This document shows positions 58,644 through 64,000 of a stretch of 64,000 nucleotides of DNA, piece after piece. Position 1 is the first letter of the stretch. Every line of letters starts with the position of its first letter. Origin of the DNA: an uncultured Alphaproteobacteria bacterium (GTDB lineage Bacteria; Pseudomonadota; Alphaproteobacteria; Rhizobiales; CAWCWK01); the NCBI GenBank assembly GCA_963799285.1, contig CAWCWK010000004.1:3225024-3289023 (forward strand). Direction: 5' to 3'. Made by a program: the position numbers and the translations under genes. Below the pieces are notes generated by a model. That model did not search any database and had not been told where the DNA came from. It saw nothing but the letters and a program-made list of their open reading frames with translations.

Positions 58644-59576
58644 TCAGGCGCTCTTGATGGCGCCCGAGCCGGAGACGGGGGAGGACGCGGCCGCGCCGGC
58701 CTTGTATCCGCCGCCCGTCGCCGCCGCCGGAGTGGCCGAGGCGGATACGCCGGAGGCGAGGTCGCTGGGGTTCGAGGATGTGGTGGATCCGGCCGGCTGG
58801 CGGTTCGGCGGGTTGACGGCGCGGTGGGGGATGCCGGCCTCGGCATAGGGCTCGTCGAAGCCGGTGGACGGCGCGCCGCCCTGGTAGGAGCGCTCGGCCG
58901 GAACGGGGTAGTGCGGGGCGCCGCGATAGCCGGTGTCGTAATCGTCCTCGCGGGCCGAGGACTTCACGAAGCGCGCGAGCGCGAAGCCGGCCAGCACCGA
59001 GGCGCCGAGGAAGGCGGTCGGCTGACGGCGCGCGAAGCTCTCGACCGAATAGAGAAGGTCGTCGACGCTGCGGTCCTTGATGCTGGACGCGACCCGGTCG
59101 ACCTCGCCGGCCGCATCGCGCACGTAGCCGGCCACGAAGCCGAAGCGCTCGTCGAGATCGTCGGCCGCGTCGTTGAGGGCGCGCGAGACGTCCCTGACGC
59201 CGGCGGCGGCGGTTCCCTTCTGCTCCTCGGCGAAGGAGCGGGCATAGGTGCGCGCCTCGTCGGCCGCGCGGGAGGCGGCGTCGGTCGCCGCGGACTTCAC
59301 ACCGGTGCCGAGGCCGATGGCCTTGTCCTTGAGCCGCGCAGCCTCTTCGGCGGCCGTCTCGTAGGTCCGGGAGGCCTCTGCCTTCGCCTTGTCGGCCGTC
59401 GCACTGGCCTCGCCGCTCACCTTGGCCTGTGTGTCGGCCTCCTGGCGGTTCGCGGTGGTGGAGACGGACGAAGCCTCGCTCTTTGCCACGCTCTCGGTCC
59501 TGGCGACCGTGCCCGGCGTCGTCGGCGTACCGGTCGACGAGGTGTTGGGGGTGTTGCTCTTGGTGGTGTCGCTCAT
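58644..59576 (-). CDS. Membrane-anchored stress-type protein: Ser/Thr-rich N-terminus, helical Ala/Glu/Lys domain, one TM, Pro/Gly/Ser-rich tail
   Basis: 310-aa ORF: ...KAKAEASRTYETAAEEAARLKDKAIGLGTG...FARRQPTAFLGASVLAGFALARFVKSS... Codon usage is consistent with the neighbouring genes. Similar proteins are, as I recall, annotated as nutrient deprivation-induced. Confidence 0.65.
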   Translation of the reverse strand: MSDTTKSNTPNTSSTGTPTTPGTVARTESVAKSEASSVSTTANRQEADTQAKVSGEASATADKAKAEASRTYETAAEEAARLKDKAIGLGTGVKSAATDAASRAADEARTYARSFAEEQKGTAAAGVRDVSRALNDAADDLDERFGFVAGYVRDAAGEVDRVASSIKDRSVDDLLYSVESFARRQPTAFLGASVLAGFALARFVKSSAREDDYDTGYRGAPHYPVPAERSYQGGAPSTGFDEPYAEAGIPHRAVNPPNRQPAGSTTSSNPSDLASGVSASATPAAATGGGYKAGAAASSPVSGSGAIKSA

Positions 59577-59715
59577 GGAACGGCTCCTTGAAGGAGGAAT
59601 GGGGAGAGCCTCGACATGTCGGCTCGGTGCGGTTTGGCTCGACGGGAACGCCGGGGATCGCGCTCGGCGCCCGACACTTCTAGCTTGGCGCCCGGTGCCT
59701 GGCGCCCGAGACGGC

Positions 59716-59790
59716 CTAGGCGAGGCCGAGGAAGGACAGGATGGCCACGACGATGACGACGAGGCCGATGATATAGATGATGCTGTTCAT
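59716..59790 (-). CDS. 24-aa hydrophobic peptide (MNSIIYIIGLVVIVVAILSFLGLA)
   Basis: This short ORF lies at the head of the cluster, about 140 nt downstream of an exact EcfG-type promoter. It has a single TM-length hydrophobic stretch. ATG 59790 was verified. Confidence 0.45.
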   Translation of the reverse strand: MNSIIYIIGLVVIVVAILSFLGLA

Positions 59791-59936
59791 GACGCGTGTT
59801 CCACTCGTATTGGACGCAGCAGGGGATGCGCGAAGGGCGTCCGGCCCGCGATGCCTCGCGCGCCATCGGTCTTGACGGCGGCAGGAAGCTCGGGGGAGCC
59901 TCGGCCACTCCCATCCACAGGCTGCCTTGTGCTGAG

Positions 59937-59961
59937 AACGAGGCCCCGGAGAATTGGTTCC
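59937..59961 (-). promoter_or_regulatory. EcfG/SigT-type general-stress promoter (GGAAC-N16-CGTT)
   Basis: The minus strand reads GGAAC (59961-59957), caattctccggggcct, CGTT (59940-59937). This is an exact consensus match, oriented toward the 24-aa peptide gene and the cluster downstream. Confidence 0.65.
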
Positions 59962-60114
59962 GCGCGCAGACCGGCATTTCGCCCCGTACGGCGGGCGTTT
60001 CCGCCCCCGCGGGCCTCGCGGGCCTTCCCATCCGCGCCTGACGATCGATGCCGGACCCCAAGCCCGTAATGGCGCCACAGTCGTGAGCCTCTTGGTAGCG
60101 CTCGGCCCGGTGTT

Positions 60115-60144
60115 GTCTGGCTCTGTGTCGTCTGGCTCTGTGTG
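60115..60144. repeat. 15-bp tandem duplication (gtctggctctgtgtc/g) in the intergenic region
   Basis: Read directly from the sequence. Confidence 0.9.
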
Positions 60145-60266
60145 GTCCGGCGATCTGCCGCGCGACCATCGGATCAGGGACGCAACGGGCCGCCTTCCCG
60201 GAGCGTCCCCTCCGCCGCGTCCCATCCGTACCGAGGCACGCTTATCCATCAGAGCGCTGTGACTTC

Positions 60267-60350
60267 GCCATGATCGTCTTGCCATGATCGTCTTGCCGTG
60301 GACCCCTTCGCCATGACCCCTTCGCCGTGACCCCTTCGCCGTGACCCTGC
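60267..60350 (+). repeat. Array of about six 14-bp units, each carrying ATG or GTG, ending in the murJ start codon
   Basis: gccatgatcgtctt / gccatgatcgtctt / gccgtggaccccttc / gccatgaccccttc / gccgtgaccccttc / gccgtgaccctgc... The last GTG, at 60341, starts MurJ. Confidence 0.9.
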
Positions 60351-61906
60351 TGCGCAACTTCGCCACCGTGGGCGGTGCGACCCTCCTCTCGCGGCTCCTC
60401 GGCTTCGCGCGCGATGTGCTGATCGCGGGCGCGCTCGGTGCCGGGCCGATCGCGGACGCCTTCGTCGCCGCCTTCCGCCTGCCCAACCTCTTCCGGCGCA
60501 TCTTCGCGGAGGGCGCCTTCAACGCGGCCTTCGTGCCCCTCTTCGCACGCACGCTGGAGGGCGACGGCACGCGCGAGCACAGGGAAGAGGCGCGCGCCTT
60601 CGCGGCCGAGGCGCTGGCCGGGCTGACCCTCGTCCTCCTCGTCGTCTCCGGCCTCGCCATCGTCTTTATGCCGGCGCTGACGCTCGCCCTCGCGCCCGGC
60701 TTCGCGTCGGACCCGGAGAAGTTCGACCTCACCGTCCTCCTGTCGCGGATCTGCTTTCCCTACCTCTTCTGCGTCTCGCTGGTGGCGCTGATGTCGGGCG
60801 TGCTGAACGGGTTTCGCCGTTTTGCCGCCGCCGCCTTCGCGCCCGTCGCGCTCAACGTGGTGCTGATCGGCGTGCTCGGCCTCGTCTACGCCATGGGCTG
60901 GACCGGGTCGCCGACGGCCGGGCTGGCGCTGGCGGTCGGCGTGGCGCTGGCCGGCGTGGTGCAGCTGGCGCTCCTGGTGATCGCGCTGCGCCGGCTCGAC
61001 TTCCGCATCCCCTTCCGCCGGCCGCGCTGGACGCCGGGCGTGCGCCGACTGGTGAAGCTCGGCGTGCCGGGTCTCATCGCGGGCGGCGGCATGCAGATCG
61101 GCATCTGGATCGGCACGCTCATCGCGTCGCTGCAGGACGGTGCCATCTCCTGGCTCTACTACGCCGACCGGCTCTACCAGCTCCCGCTCGGCCTGATAGG
61201 CATCGCGATCGGCGTCGTGCTGCTGCCCGAGATCGCGCGCCGGCTGCGGTCGGGCGATACGGACGGTGCGCTCTGGTCGCAGAACCGGGCGATGGAGATC
61301 GCGCTTCTCATGACGGTGCCGGCCGCGACCGCGCTCGCCCTCGCGGCCGAGCCCGTCGTCCGCGTGCTCTTCGAGCGCGGCGCCTTCGGACCGGACGCGA
61401 CGGCCGCCACGGCCGCGGCGCTCTTTGCCTACGCCTTCGGCCTGCCGGCCTTCGTGATCGCCAAGATCTTCCAGCCCGTCTATTTCGCGGCCGAGGACAC
61501 GAAGACGCCGGCCCGCTTCACCCTCGTCCAGATCACGATCAACGCAGCTGGCGCCGCCGCGCTCTTTCCCTTCATCGGCCATGTCGGCATCGCACTCGCC
61601 ACCAGCGCGGCGGGCTGGGTGAACGTCGCGCTGCTCTGGCGGGGCCTGCGCCAGGACGGGCGGGTGGCGTTCGACGCGCGCCTGAACGCCCGCATTCCGC
61701 GCATCGTCGCCAGTGCCGCGCTCATGGGCGGCGTCCTATGGTTCGCGGGCGACGCGCTGGAGCCGTGGCTGGCCGGCGAGGCGAGCCTCGGGCGCTTCGC
61801 CGGGCTGGCCGCGTTGGTAGCCGCAGGGATGGCCGTCTACGCCGCCGCGGCCCTGGGGCTCGGCGCGACGAGCCTGCGGGATTTGAGAGGGGTTCGGCGG
61901 GCGTGA
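60341..61906 (+). CDS. murJ: Lipid II flippase MurJ (MviN)
   Basis: (V)TLLRNFATVGGATLLSRLLGFARDVLIAGALGAGPIADAFVAAFRLPNLFRRIFAEGAFNAAFVPLF... 521 aa, polytopic. Confidence 0.93.
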   Translation: MTLLRNFATVGGATLLSRLLGFARDVLIAGALGAGPIADAFVAAFRLPNLFRRIFAEGAFNAAFVPLFARTLEGDGTREHREEARAFAAEALAGLTLVLLVVSGLAIVFMPALTLALAPGFASDPEKFDLTVLLSRICFPYLFCVSLVALMSGVLNGFRRFAAAAFAPVALNVVLIGVLGLVYAMGWTGSPTAGLALAVGVALAGVVQLALLVIALRRLDFRIPFRRPRWTPGVRRLVKLGVPGLIAGGGMQIGIWIGTLIASLQDGAISWLYYADRLYQLPLGLIGIAIGVVLLPEIARRLRSGDTDGALWSQNRAMEIALLMTVPAATALALAAEPVVRVLFERGAFGPDATAATAAALFAYAFGLPAFVIAKIFQPVYFAAEDTKTPARFTLVQITINAAGAAALFPFIGHVGIALATSAAGWVNVALLWRGLRQDGRVAFDARLNARIPRIVASAALMGGVLWFAGDALEPWLAGEASLGRFAGLAALVAAGMAVYAAAALGLGATSLRDLRGVRRA

Positions 61907-61978
61907 GGGGCATGGCCTACGCGAGACGAAGGCCTCTTCGCGTCGATGAGGCGCCTCTCTGGCGCTGGCGTTGGAGGC

Positions 61979-64000
<2,022 letters not shown>

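Overview
This is a very GC-rich chromosomal segment with alphaproteobacterial (Hyphomicrobiales/Rhizobiales-like) gene content and synteny. It is almost all core genome. I recognised no rRNA, tRNA, CRISPR array, IS element, integrase or prophage. Content from left to right: (1) dnaK 5' end, ybjQ and alkB. (2) A Caulobacter-style flagellar block: flbY/flgN-like, rod-binding protein, flgI, divergent fliX, dksA, then flgL-flgK-flgE with a perfect sigma54 promoter. (3) SixA-like phosphatase and a PA0069-type radical SAM protein. (4) A tight minus-strand array of amidase, epimerase, cobG, cobH, a cobI-cobJ fusion and cbiD. (5) creA, a PLP dehydratase, a USP and an orphan trmD. (6) An AT-rich intergenic island with a perfect CtrA box upstream of a transglutaminase-like cysteine peptidase. 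(7) Alpha-glucosidase, metallophosphoesterase, a DUF4130-UdgX fusion, grpE, a hybrid histidine kinase, yifB, puuE, an RTX protein and a GT4 transferase. (8) The conserved lnt / HTH / metK / trmB block. (9) rnd, lptC-lptA-lptB, rpoN, a gap with no hpf, and ptsN. (10) DUF1150, otsBA, an extensin-like protein and maf-aroE-coaE. (11) A five-gene membrane stress cluster (YihY, a giant DUF3618 protein, a holin-X-like protein, a helical/TM protein and a 24-aa peptide) carrying two exact GGAAC-N16/17-CGTT (EcfG/SigT-type) promoters. (12) murJ, ccrM and rnhB. The best candidates for something under-described are three: the EcfG-driven stress cluster of unknown biochemistry; a dense set of 12-17 bp tandem duplications at ORF termini, including a 14-bp array that reiterates the murJ start codon; and several large unexplained non-coding regions (26771-27383, 47861-48327, 23798-24246). 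Most long ORFs in the track that lie antisense to these genes are high-GC artefacts. Start codons are often ambiguous and are flagged where so.
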